A stretch of DNA of 64,000 bases from an uncultured Coriobacteriales bacterium (GTDB taxonomy: Bacteria > Actinomycetota > Coriobacteriia > Coriobacteriales > UMGS124), in contig CAKUFZ010000008.1 in the NCBI GenBank assembly GCA_934654475.1, positions 2,361-66,360 of the forward strand, in the 5' to 3' direction. This document shows positions 46,976 to 55,609 of this stretch, one piece after another. The notes under the pieces were generated by a model. The model made no database searches. It was not told the origin of the DNA and saw nothing but the letters and a program-made list of their open reading frames with translations. The position numbers and the translations under genes are program-made. Each line of letters begins with the position of its first letter. Within the stretch, counting starts at the first letter, position 1.

Positions 46976-47008
46976 GCCCCTGTCGCATTCGTGCGGCGGG
47001 GGCTTTTT
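46976..47008 (+). terminator. Rho-independent terminator (UUCG tetraloop), near-duplicate of the asd terminator
   Basis: GCCCCTGTCGCA, loop ttcg, TGCGGCGGGGGC, then TTTTT. Confidence 0.8.
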
Positions 47009-47205
47009 GCTGGGCTCTGGGCGAGGTGGTCGCGCTAAAAAGGTGCGCCCACGGCACTCGGGCAATACCTTTTGCCCAGCTTCTTGCCGCTGCGTTGCAT
47101 ATGCAATCGACCTTGGTACACGTCACACACATAATCACGTGTTGCTTGCGCGCCTATGTGGCGCGTTTTTGTCAGGGACCGAAACACCACCAGGGGAGGG
47201 TGCAG

Positions 47206-48252
47206 ATGTCGTGCAACAGTGATTGCAGGCGTGTCCGCTGGTCTGACGGGCGGGAAAACGTCGTCATCGCTGTCATGGCCGCGCTTGTGGTTGTGCTTGC
47301 CGGTGTGTCGCTGCTCTTGGGCCGCTTTCCCATCAGCCCGGCTGAGGCGCTCGCCATGCTGGCGAACCAAGTGGCGCCCGATCTCATCGAGCCGACGTGG
47401 ACCAATCAGCAGGCTTCCATTTTCTTCAACGTTCGCTTGCCCCGCATCGTGCTTGCCCTCTTGATTGGTTGCTGCCTGGCGAGTGCGGGTGCGGCGTTCC
47501 AGGGAACGTTCCAGAATCCCCTGGTCTCCCCCGACCTGCTCGGCGCCTCGCAGGGTGCAGCTCTGGGTGCGGCAATCGCCATCCTCATGGGCCTGTCTTC
47601 GATCCAAATCTCGATGTGGGCGTTCGTGTTCTCGCTCATCACGGTCGGACTCGTGGTGTTCATCTCTATGCACGCGCGTGGCAACCCCATCACCGTCGTC
47701 ATCTTGGCCGGCGTCATGGTGAGTTCGCTGTTCTCGGCGGGCGTCTCCTACACCAAGCTCGTCGCCGACCCCAACGACACGCTTCCTGCCATCACCTACT
47801 GGCTCATGGGCAGCCTCACCGGCGCCAAGTTTGCCGACATCAAGCTGGTCATCGTGCCCATGGTCATCGGCCTGGTGACGCTGTTCGCCCTGCGTTGGCG
47901 TATCAACATCCTCACCATGGGCGACGACGAGGCCGCTACGATGGGCGTGAACGCCCGCCTGGTGCGCCTGCTCGTCATGGTGGCTGCGACGCTCGTGACC
48001 GCCTCGAGCGTGGCGGTCTCGGGCATGATCGGCTGGGTCGGCCTTGTCATTCCGCACCTGTGCCGCATGCTCATCGGCTGCGACTACCGCAAGCTGCTGC
48101 CGGCCTCCATGGTCATGGGCGCAGGATTCTTGCTGCTCGTTGACGATGTGGCCCGCGTTGCCACTACGATGGAGATCCCCATCGGCATCCTCACCGCCTT
48201 TGTGGGCGCGCCCTTCTTTCTCTACCTCATCACGAAGGGCAGGAGGATTTAA
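47206..48252 (+). CDS. FecCD/BtuC-family ABC transporter permease (iron-chelate/corrinoid type)
   Basis: GGGGAGGG SD upstream. About 9 TM segments. Typical motifs LPRIVLALLIGCCLASAGAAFQ and GWVGLVIPH. Confidence 0.85.
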   Translation: MSCNSDCRRVRWSDGRENVVIAVMAALVVVLAGVSLLLGRFPISPAEALAMLANQVAPDLIEPTWTNQQASIFFNVRLPRIVLALLIGCCLASAGAAFQGTFQNPLVSPDLLGASQGAALGAAIAILMGLSSIQISMWAFVFSLITVGLVVFISMHARGNPITVVILAGVMVSSLFSAGVSYTKLVADPNDTLPAITYWLMGSLTGAKFADIKLVIVPMVIGLVTLFALRWRINILTMGDDEAATMGVNARLVRLLVMVAATLVTASSVAVSGMIGWVGLVIPHLCRMLIGCDYRKLLPASMVMGAGFLLLVDDVARVATTMEIPIGILTAFVGAPFFLYLITKGRRI

Positions 48253-49034
48253 TGCCTATCGAGATCGAGCATCTGAGCTTCTCCTACGGTGCGCGCGAGA
48301 TTCTGCACGACATCAGCCTCACCATTCCCGATCGCACGCTTGTCAACGTGCTGGGCCCCAACGGCGTGGGCAAGTCGACGCTTTTTCGCTGCATCCTGTG
48401 CCTCAACGCCAACTACACCGGAAAGATCCTGGTAGACGGGCGCGACCTGCGCAAGATGTCCATCCGTGAGCGTGCCAAGCTCATCTCCTACATCCCGCAG
48501 TCGCATTCGAGCGTCTACAACTACGAGGTCATCGACGTCGTGCTTATGAGCACGGGAACCGACCTGGGCCTGTTCAACAACCCGCGCAAGGCCCACAGGG
48601 ACCGCGCGATGGAGGCGCTCGACAAGATTGGCATCGCCCATCTGGCGCATCGTCCCTATACCGAGATTTCGGGCGGCGAGCAGCAGATGGTGCTCATCGC
48701 CCGCGCCTTGGCCCAGAACGCCAAGACCATCGTGATGGACGAGCCCACAAGCGCCCTCGATTACGGCAACACCGTGCGCGTGCTGTCGTGCGTGCGTCAG
48801 CTCGCTCGTGACGGCCTCTCTATCATCCAGTCCACTCATCAGCCTGACCAGGCGTTTCTATATGCCGACAAGACGCTCGTCATCTACGACGGCCGCGTGA
48901 AGGCATACGGCGACCCCAAGGACGTGGTCACGGCAGGGCTCATCTCCGACATCTACGGCGTCGACGTCGAGATCAACTCGCTCTACGACGACCGCGTGCG
49001 CGTGTGCGTGCCGATGCACGAGGCCGAGAAATAG
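48252..49034 (+). CDS. ABC transporter ATP-binding protein (FecE/BtuD type)
   Basis: Walker A GPNGVGKST, signature ISGGEQQ, Walker B IVMDEPTS. The start overlaps the permease stop (TAATG). Confidence 0.9.
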   Translation: MPIEIEHLSFSYGAREILHDISLTIPDRTLVNVLGPNGVGKSTLFRCILCLNANYTGKILVDGRDLRKMSIRERAKLISYIPQSHSSVYNYEVIDVVLMSTGTDLGLFNNPRKAHRDRAMEALDKIGIAHLAHRPYTEISGGEQQMVLIARALAQNAKTIVMDEPTSALDYGNTVRVLSCVRQLARDGLSIIQSTHQPDQAFLYADKTLVIYDGRVKAYGDPKDVVTAGLISDIYGVDVEINSLYDDRVRVCVPMHEAEK

Positions 49035-49134
49035 CCTGCGTGCTGACGCCCCCTTGTTGCTCTGCCCGCCCACATCCCCGGTGCCGGCGGTTTCCTATAG
49101 GGGGCCTTCGGGCCCATTGGTTTGAGAGAAAGGA

Positions 49135-50262
49135 ATGCGGATGGTAAAGAACGCAAGTCGCCGCACGTTCGTCGTGGCCCTGTGCTCGGCTGCCTTGGCA
49201 TGCGGCCTGGCCGTTGCGCCTCTGGCTTTCGCCGAGACCGCTGCTACAGGCGACAAGGCAAGCGCCGCCCAAACCGGTGAGACGCGCGAGTTCACCGACT
49301 CGCTTGGCCGCACCGTCGAGATCCCGGCTGAGATCACGGCCATCGCACCCTCGGGCTTCCTGCCCCAGCAGGTGCTCCTGACGGTTGCCCCCGAGAAGAT
49401 GGTCTGCCTGGCAAGCCCCCTCACCGAGTCTCAGGCCCACTTCTTTGGCGAGGAGTACGCGGGCCTCGAGGAGGTCGGCGCCATCTTCGGTGCCAAGGGC
49501 GACTTCAACCGCGAGGCCGTCGCTGCCTCCGGCGCTCAGATCGTCATCGACGTGGGCGACACCAAGAAGGGCATGGCCGAGGACCTCGACGCCCTTCAGG
49601 AGCAGCTCGGCATTCCCTGTGTCCACATCTCCAGTAACCTGGCCACGTACGGTGACTGCTACCGTGCCCTGGGCGAGCTGCTTGGTGTTGAGGAGCGCGC
49701 CAACGAGATCGCCGATTACTGCGACGCTGCCTACAAGGAGATTTCCGATGTCATGGAGACCATCCCGGTTGAGGATCGCGTCGACGTGTTGTACCTCAGT
49801 GGCGAGGACGGTCTGTCCTGCGTGGCCAACAGCTCCTATCAGGCCAACGTCGTCGACATGGTTTCCGACAACATCGCCGTGGTTGACGACCCCTCCGGCA
49901 AGTCTAACCAGACGAACATGGAGCAGATCATCAGCTGGGACCCCGATTTCATCATCTTCGCCCCGCTGAGCGCCTATGACCTCGCCGGCACCGACGCCAC
50001 CTGGCAGACGCTGACCGCCATCGAGGGCGGCAACTACTGCGAGGTTCCCAGCGAGCCTTACAACTGGCTCAATGGTCCGCCTTCCGTGAACCAGGTCCTG
50101 GGTATGCAGTGGCTGCCCCGCGTGCTGTATCCCGAGAAGTTTGACGACGACATGTACGAGACCGTCGCCGCGTACTACAAGACCCTGTACCAGTACGACC
50201 TGTCTGAGGACGAATTCAACGAGATCACCGCTCGCGCCGTCCCCGTGGTCGACCAGAAGTAG
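49135..50262 (+). CDS. ABC transporter periplasmic-binding lipoprotein (cluster A/FecB-BtuF type)
   Basis: Lipobox-like LCSAALACG. Lies in an operon with the FecCD-type permease and ATPase. Confidence 0.75.
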   Translation: MRMVKNASRRTFVVALCSAALACGLAVAPLAFAETAATGDKASAAQTGETREFTDSLGRTVEIPAEITAIAPSGFLPQQVLLTVAPEKMVCLASPLTESQAHFFGEEYAGLEEVGAIFGAKGDFNREAVAASGAQIVIDVGDTKKGMAEDLDALQEQLGIPCVHISSNLATYGDCYRALGELLGVEERANEIADYCDAAYKEISDVMETIPVEDRVDVLYLSGEDGLSCVANSSYQANVVDMVSDNIAVVDDPSGKSNQTNMEQIISWDPDFIIFAPLSAYDLAGTDATWQTLTAIEGGNYCEVPSEPYNWLNGPPSVNQVLGMQWLPRVLYPEKFDDDMYETVAAYYKTLYQYDLSEDEFNEITARAVPVVDQK

Positions 50263-50298
50263 CTTGTAAAGCAAGCTTCTTCTGTAGGCTTTGCCGAG

Positions 50299-50341
50299 AA
50301 CCGCCGTCTGTGCCTCAAGGGGCATGGGCGGCGGTTTTTTG
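50299..50341 (+). terminator. Terminator after the ABC operon
   Basis: AACCGCCG, loop, CGGCGGTT, then TTTTT. Confidence 0.6.
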
Positions 50342-50500
50342 CACCCTTAGAAAGAAATGCCAGTTCAGAGCCTACACAACAATGCATTAAAGCGCTGTAG
50401 AGCTTCATTCGCAGCCGCTCAGGGGCAAAAATCTGGAATCAGACGCGATGAGATCGCAGGCGCCGAGGGGTCGGCGCAAAAGGGACAAAGGGGAGCGACG

Positions 50501-51649
50501 ATGGACGATCAGACGATGCTTGCGGCGATTGACGATGAGGCTGTCGAGCCTGATATGAGCGTTGCCTCTCCTGAGTCTGTACCTGCAATCGACGAGTCGG
50601 CCGAGGCTGTGGACACCGTCGAGGAAACCCCCGAGGAGGCTGCCGCCCGCGAGGCTGCTGAGCTTGCCGAGAAGCGGGAGCGCGAGGCCCGTGAGGCTGC
50701 AGAGCGCGCGGCTGCCGACGAGGCTGCCCGCGAGGAGCGTGCCCAGGCTGCCGTCGAGAAACTCTCGAAGGGCGCCGGCTGGGCCGCGCAGGCAGGCGTC
50801 TACTACGACGCGACCCACGGTGCGGTCAAGGCAACGAGCGTTTCTGCGGCAAAGCAGGCGGCCCGCCCCGCCGATGAGGATGCCCCTACCGACGAGCGGA
50901 CCGAAGACGAGCTCGTTGCCGAACTTACCGACGTGGCACATGAGGGCGACTCCCTCGACGACATCCAGGCCAGCGAGGCCGATGCCGGCTACATCGACCC
51001 TGTCGTCTTCGGCCGCATGGTCGCCAAGGTCACCGAGGCTGTGACGCGCAACCCCCTGCAGCGCGAGCTCTTCTACAAGGTGCTCTCATTTTGCCAGGAG
51101 TCCAAGCCCCTGCGCGAGATCGAGCAGATGGTCATGGCGCTGCCGGGCTTTGAGCGCACCTCGGCCAACGCCTATCACTTCATCGCCGTTATGGAAAACG
51201 CCGGTGGCTTGGAGCGCTTCGAGCTTGACGACGAAGGCGATGTCGTGGACGACGCCCGCAAGGCCGGGCTCACCGAGGACGAGATCGACGACCTCGTGGC
51301 CGAGTACGCGTTCATGACCACGCCCGCCGGGCAGGCCGTGGTGGAGCAGCACACGCCCCGCGCGCGCATCATCGAGCTCTTGGGCCTTGTGCCCGAGCGT
51401 CGCGACACCTACATCGAGCTCATGGAGTTCCTGGCCGAGGAGCCTCGCACCTACAACGAGGTCACGCAGTTGCTCGACGGCCGCGACGTGCTCTGGCACC
51501 TGGACTCCAAGGGCAATCCTGAGCGTATGCAGCCCAGCGTCTTCTTGGACAAGCTGCATGACGCCGCCGCCATCGAGTGGCACCAAGGTTGGCAACTTAG
51601 CGAGGAGGGTCGCACCTACCTCGATGAGTTGAAGAGCGTCCAAAACTAG
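50501..51649 (+). CDS. Highly acidic hypothetical protein (E/A-rich coiled N-part, globular C-part)
   Basis: 382 aa from the ATG at 50501 (AAAGGGGAG upstream). Contains EEAAAREAAELAEKREREAREAAERAAADEAAREERAQ. No family recognised. Confidence 0.55.
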   Translation: MDDQTMLAAIDDEAVEPDMSVASPESVPAIDESAEAVDTVEETPEEAAAREAAELAEKREREAREAAERAAADEAAREERAQAAVEKLSKGAGWAAQAGVYYDATHGAVKATSVSAAKQAARPADEDAPTDERTEDELVAELTDVAHEGDSLDDIQASEADAGYIDPVVFGRMVAKVTEAVTRNPLQRELFYKVLSFCQESKPLREIEQMVMALPGFERTSANAYHFIAVMENAGGLERFELDDEGDVVDDARKAGLTEDEIDDLVAEYAFMTTPAGQAVVEQHTPRARIIELLGLVPERRDTYIELMEFLAEEPRTYNEVTQLLDGRDVLWHLDSKGNPERMQPSVFLDKLHDAAAIEWHQGWQLSEEGRTYLDELKSVQN

Positions 51650-51696
51650 GCGCTCTTCCGTATATGTACGTAAAAGCAAGGGAGAGGGAGGAAAGC

Positions 51697-54570
51697 ATGG
51701 CAGCAAACACCAACGTCACACGCCGCAGCTTTGTCAAGGCAGCAGCGCTTGCCGGCGCGGCGGTGGCCATCGGCACCCAGATGAGCGGTTCTCTCGTCGA
51801 GGCGCCTGCGGCATACGCTGACGAGGCTGACGACGTCAAGAAGGTCTACACCTCTTGTCACGGCTGCATCCAGATGTGCCCGGCTATCGCCACCATCGAG
51901 AACGGCGTGGTCACCAAGCTCGAGGGCGACGACCGCGCCCCCGTGTCTAAGGGCTCTCTGTGCATCAAGGGCCTCAACCAGCTGCACACCATGTACAGCC
52001 CGCGCCGTATCCTGCACCCGCTGAAGCGCGTCGGCGAGCGTGGCACGACCGACTTCGAGGTCATCTCCTGGGACGAGGCTATCGAGCTTGCGGCCACCCA
52101 GATCAAGGACGCCATTGACCAGTACGGCAACTACTCCTTCTTCTCCTCCGTTGGCGGCGGCGGCGCTTACTCGTTCATGGAGGCCATGACGCTTCCTATG
52201 GCGTTCGGCTCCCCCACCGTCTTTGAGCCTGGTTGCGCCCAGTGCTACCTGCCCCGTTGGTCCCTGTCGAAGCTCTTCTACGGTGGCGACGACCAGTCCA
52301 TCGCAGACAACGCCGTCCAGGAGATCTTCCGCGACGAGGAGAACAACAAGACCGAGCTCGTCGTGATCTGGGGCGCCCAGCCCTCCGTCTCCGAGACCGC
52401 TGAGTCCGGCCGCGGCATGGCCGAGCTGCGCGCTCGCGGCGTCAAGACCATCGTCGTCGACCCGAACTTCTCGCCCGACGCCGCCAAGGCCGACGTGTGG
52501 CTCCCCGTTCGCCCCGAGACCGACACGGGCGTGCTGCTGTCCTGGTACCGCTACATCTTCGAGAACAAGCTCTACGACGAAGAGTTCACCAAGTACTGGA
52601 CGAACCTGCCCTTCCTGATCGACCCCGACACCAAGCTTCCCGTCAAGGCTCAGGAGCTTTTCCCCGACTTCCAGCAGACCACGCCCGAGAACACCCCGGC
52701 GTACGTGTGCTACGACCTCAAGACCGGCGCCGTTGCTCCCTTCGAGTACAGCGCTCCTGCCGACTCCGCCGTTGATCCCGAGATCTTCTGGGAGGGCGAG
52801 CACGAGGGCAAGACGTACAAGACCGCCGGCCAGATCTACAAGGATCAGGCTGAGCCCTGGACCTTCGAGCACACCGAGGAAGTCACCTGGGTTCCCGCCG
52901 ACCTCAACGAGAAGGCCGTCAAGATGTACGCCGAGAACTGGGGCGGCATTGCCAACGGCGTCGCAGCCGACATGAGCGAGTCCGCCTCCCAGGTGCCCCT
53001 GGGCTGCATGGGCTTGGACGCCATCATGGGCCGCATCAACAAGCCCGGCGTCACCATGACGCAGAAGGGCGGCGGCTACTTCGCCACCATGACCGACACC
53101 GGTGAGACCGTCAACACGCGCCCGGTCACCTACAACAACGGCTTTAGCGGCATGTTCTCCGACATGTACGGCGTGGGTGCCGTCATCGGCATGTCCGACG
53201 CTGAGAACGAGGAGCGCATCAAGGCTCTGGGCGAGGCTATGCCTGACTCCCAGAAGACCCTCAACAAGCTGCTCCAGGATCGTCTGGGCATGAAGTACCA
53301 CAAGGGCCTCTACGCTTGGTGCCACTCCCACATCCCCACGGTGCGCGAGGCCATCGCCACTGGCGAGCCCTTCAAGCCGCGCGTGTGGTTCGACATGTCG
53401 GGCAACAAGCTCGCGATGCTCGGTAACGCCAAGAGCTGGTACGACGTCTTCCCCGAGGTGGACTTCATCATCGGCCAGTACCCGATGCTGACCTCCTTCC
53501 ACATCGAGGCCGCCGACCTGGTCTTCCCGCTGCGCGAGTGGCTCGAGGAGCCTATGGTCAACATGACCCAGCTCGACACCCAGTGGCTGCAGAACGAGTG
53601 CACCCACATCGGCGAGACCGTCTCCCACTCCATTCCTGCTGCACAGGTCATCAAGAAGTGCCAGGAGCTGTGGGGCGGCTCCATCCCCGGCGGCCTCGAG
53701 CTCGCTCCCGGCGTCTCCGCCTACCTGGGCAACGCCACCGAGCAGGAGGTCAAGGACTCCGTCGCACAGACCCTGGGCGCTGCCGATTGGGATACCCTCC
53801 AGTCCGACATCGACGCCTACGTGCCTTGCGTGACGCCCGACTACTTCAACTACCTGCAGCATGAGCAGCTCTGCGACGACGGCCTGCCTTCGGGCTTCGC
53901 CACCGAGTCGCGCAAGGTCGAGGTCTACTGCCAGATTCTTCTGCGCATGGCCCGCAACGGCTACCCGTTCTGCTACCCCGAGCCGCAGGAGGCCTGCGAC
54001 GACTACAGCCCGATCTGCGAGTTCATCGAACCCGCCGAGTCGCCTATCAACGACGAGGCCAACGGTGAGGGCGGCCAGTACCCGTTCATCCTGACCTCCG
54101 GCCGCGTGCCGTACTTCCATCACGGCACCATGCGCCACGCCGCGTTCTCCCGCGAGCTCTATCCTGCGCCTCACGTGCGCATCAACCCGCGCTCCGCTGC
54201 CGACCTCGACATCGCCGACGGCGACTGGCTCAAGATCACGAGCCGCCGCGGTGAGATCGCCGGCATCGCCGAGCTCACCGAGGGCGTGGCCCCCGGCGTT
54301 GTCTGGATGGAGCGCTACTGGAACCCCGAGTGCTTCGACGAGTCCATCCCCGCAGAGCAGCGCTCCGCTGGCTGGCGCGAGATGAACGTCAACGTGCTGA
54401 CCAAGAACGACGCCCCGTTCAACGAGGTGTACGGCTCTTACACCAACCGCGGCTTCACCGTGCGCGTGGAGAAGGGCGACAAGCCTGCCAACGTTTGGAT
54501 TGAGCCCGAGGAGTTCCAGCCCTTCATGCCCACGCTCCAGAGCGAGCCCAAGACTGAGGATGTGTTCTAA
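51697..54570 (+). CDS. Tat-exported molybdopterin (bis-MGD) oxidoreductase catalytic subunit, DMSO reductase superfamily
   Basis: Signal MAANTNVTRRSFVKAAALAGAAVAIG. N-terminal 4Fe-4S motif CHGCIQMCPA...C. 957 aa. Confidence 0.85.
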   Translation: MAANTNVTRRSFVKAAALAGAAVAIGTQMSGSLVEAPAAYADEADDVKKVYTSCHGCIQMCPAIATIENGVVTKLEGDDRAPVSKGSLCIKGLNQLHTMYSPRRILHPLKRVGERGTTDFEVISWDEAIELAATQIKDAIDQYGNYSFFSSVGGGGAYSFMEAMTLPMAFGSPTVFEPGCAQCYLPRWSLSKLFYGGDDQSIADNAVQEIFRDEENNKTELVVIWGAQPSVSETAESGRGMAELRARGVKTIVVDPNFSPDAAKADVWLPVRPETDTGVLLSWYRYIFENKLYDEEFTKYWTNLPFLIDPDTKLPVKAQELFPDFQQTTPENTPAYVCYDLKTGAVAPFEYSAPADSAVDPEIFWEGEHEGKTYKTAGQIYKDQAEPWTFEHTEEVTWVPADLNEKAVKMYAENWGGIANGVAADMSESASQVPLGCMGLDAIMGRINKPGVTMTQKGGGYFATMTDTGETVNTRPVTYNNGFSGMFSDMYGVGAVIGMSDAENEERIKALGEAMPDSQKTLNKLLQDRLGMKYHKGLYAWCHSHIPTVREAIATGEPFKPRVWFDMSGNKLAMLGNAKSWYDVFPEVDFIIGQYPMLTSFHIEAADLVFPLREWLEEPMVNMTQLDTQWLQNECTHIGETVSHSIPAAQVIKKCQELWGGSIPGGLELAPGVSAYLGNATEQEVKDSVAQTLGAADWDTLQSDIDAYVPCVTPDYFNYLQHEQLCDDGLPSGFATESRKVEVYCQILLRMARNGYPFCYPEPQEACDDYSPICEFIEPAESPINDEANGEGGQYPFILTSGRVPYFHHGTMRHAAFSRELYPAPHVRINPRSAADLDIADGDWLKITSRRGEIAGIAELTEGVAPGVVWMERYWNPECFDESIPAEQRSAGWREMNVNVLTKNDAPFNEVYGSYTNRGFTVRVEKGDKPANVWIEPEEFQPFMPTLQSEPKTEDVF

Positions 54571-55172
54571 TGAGAAACTGCCTTGTTATCGATCTGGACC
54601 GCTGCTCCGGCTGCGACTCCTGCATCGCCGCTTGCAAGCATGAGAACGGCATCGGCCTGGGCGTGTACCGCAACACCGTGGACCGCATGGGCCCCATCGG
54701 CGAGTGGCCTCGCCCGCAGCAGTACTGGCTGCCTCGCCAGTGCCAGCAGTGCGACAACGCCCCCTGCCTCGAGGTGTGCCCCACCGGCGCCACCTATCGC
54801 GATGACGAGTACGGCCTGATCGTCATCAACCAGGAGCAGTGCATCGGCTGCCAGCAGTGCATGACTGCCTGCCCCTTCGACGCCCGCTGGTTCGACGCCG
54901 CCAACTCCGTCGTTGAGAAGTGCGACGGCTGCATCGACAGGCTCAAGAAGGGCGAGAAGCCTGCATGCGTGCACAACTGCTGCTGCGGCGCCCGTCTCTT
55001 CGGCGACCTCGACGACCCCGAGTCCGACGTCTCGAAGGCCCTGGCCGCAGCCGACCCCGCGTCGCTGCACCAGTTCAACGACGAGCTCGGCGTCTCGCCC
55101 CGCACCGTCTACATCCTGTCGGAGAAGGTTTGCCCCTGGCAGGACGAGAAGACCGCCTATCGCGCTCGCTAA
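54570..55172 (+). CDS. 4Fe-4S ferredoxin-type electron-transfer subunit (DmsB/PsrB-like)
   Basis: Four Cys clusters: CSGCDSCIAAC, CQQCDNAPC, CIGCQQCMTAC and CDGC...C. The start overlaps the upstream stop (TAATG). Confidence 0.9.
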   Translation: MRNCLVIDLDRCSGCDSCIAACKHENGIGLGVYRNTVDRMGPIGEWPRPQQYWLPRQCQQCDNAPCLEVCPTGATYRDDEYGLIVINQEQCIGCQQCMTACPFDARWFDAANSVVEKCDGCIDRLKKGEKPACVHNCCCGARLFGDLDDPESDVSKALAAADPASLHQFNDELGVSPRTVYILSEKVCPWQDEKTAYRAR

Positions 55173-55173
55173 A

Positions 55174-55465
55174 GCGTTGCGGAACCTGGCCTGCTGCGTT
55201 CTCGGGAGGCTCACGTACATCTAGTACGCATCGCCTCCCGACGCCTTGCAGGCCAGAACCCGCGTTTTGGGATGTTGCGGAACCTCGTCCGCCGCGTTCT
55301 CCACGGGACTCGTCGCAAAGGACGCTCCGTGCACAGGAGCTCACGTACATCTAGTACGCATCGCACCTGTGCGCCTTGCGGACGAGAACCCGCGTTTGGT
55401 TCACTGCGGAACCTGGAATGACGCAATGGGACGGATGTAATGCGTCATTCCCTTTGAGCGGGTTG
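55174..55465 (+). repeat. Three tandem extended stem-loop units (intra-operon), each headed by TGCGGAACC
   Basis: Unit 1 spans 55174-55270, unit 2 spans 55271-55399 and unit 3 spans 55400-55465. Units 1 and 2 share a 26-nt core, GCTCACGTACATCTAGTACGCATCGC. The flanking stems differ in sequence but stay complementary. Confidence 0.85.
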
Positions 55466-55609
55466 GGTTGAATGATTGATTGATGGGGGCGGGGTTGCCT
55501 GTGTGGCGCCTCGCCCCCATGACACAAAGGGACGGGTGCAGTGCGCTGTTCTCGGACCTTGCAAGATGGAGCTGCCGCTTGTGCGGCGTTGTCACGGAGA
55601 GGAACCACA

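Noticed and set aside
41527-47008. Shared UUCG-tetraloop hairpins, including a small GGGCC-ttcg-GGCCC at 49103-49116, could be a dedicated regulatory RNA family.
   Set aside because: UUCG-capped GC stems followed by T-runs are ordinary intrinsic terminators. Only the extended flank similarity of the two large copies is reported, as a cassette boundary.
47009-47205. A cobalamin riboswitch or Fur/IdeR box was expected upstream of the FecCD-type ABC operon.
   Set aside because: No B12-box-like core and no Fur or IdeR consensus was seen by eye. Only generic hairpins and a palindrome are present, and these are reported separately at low interest.
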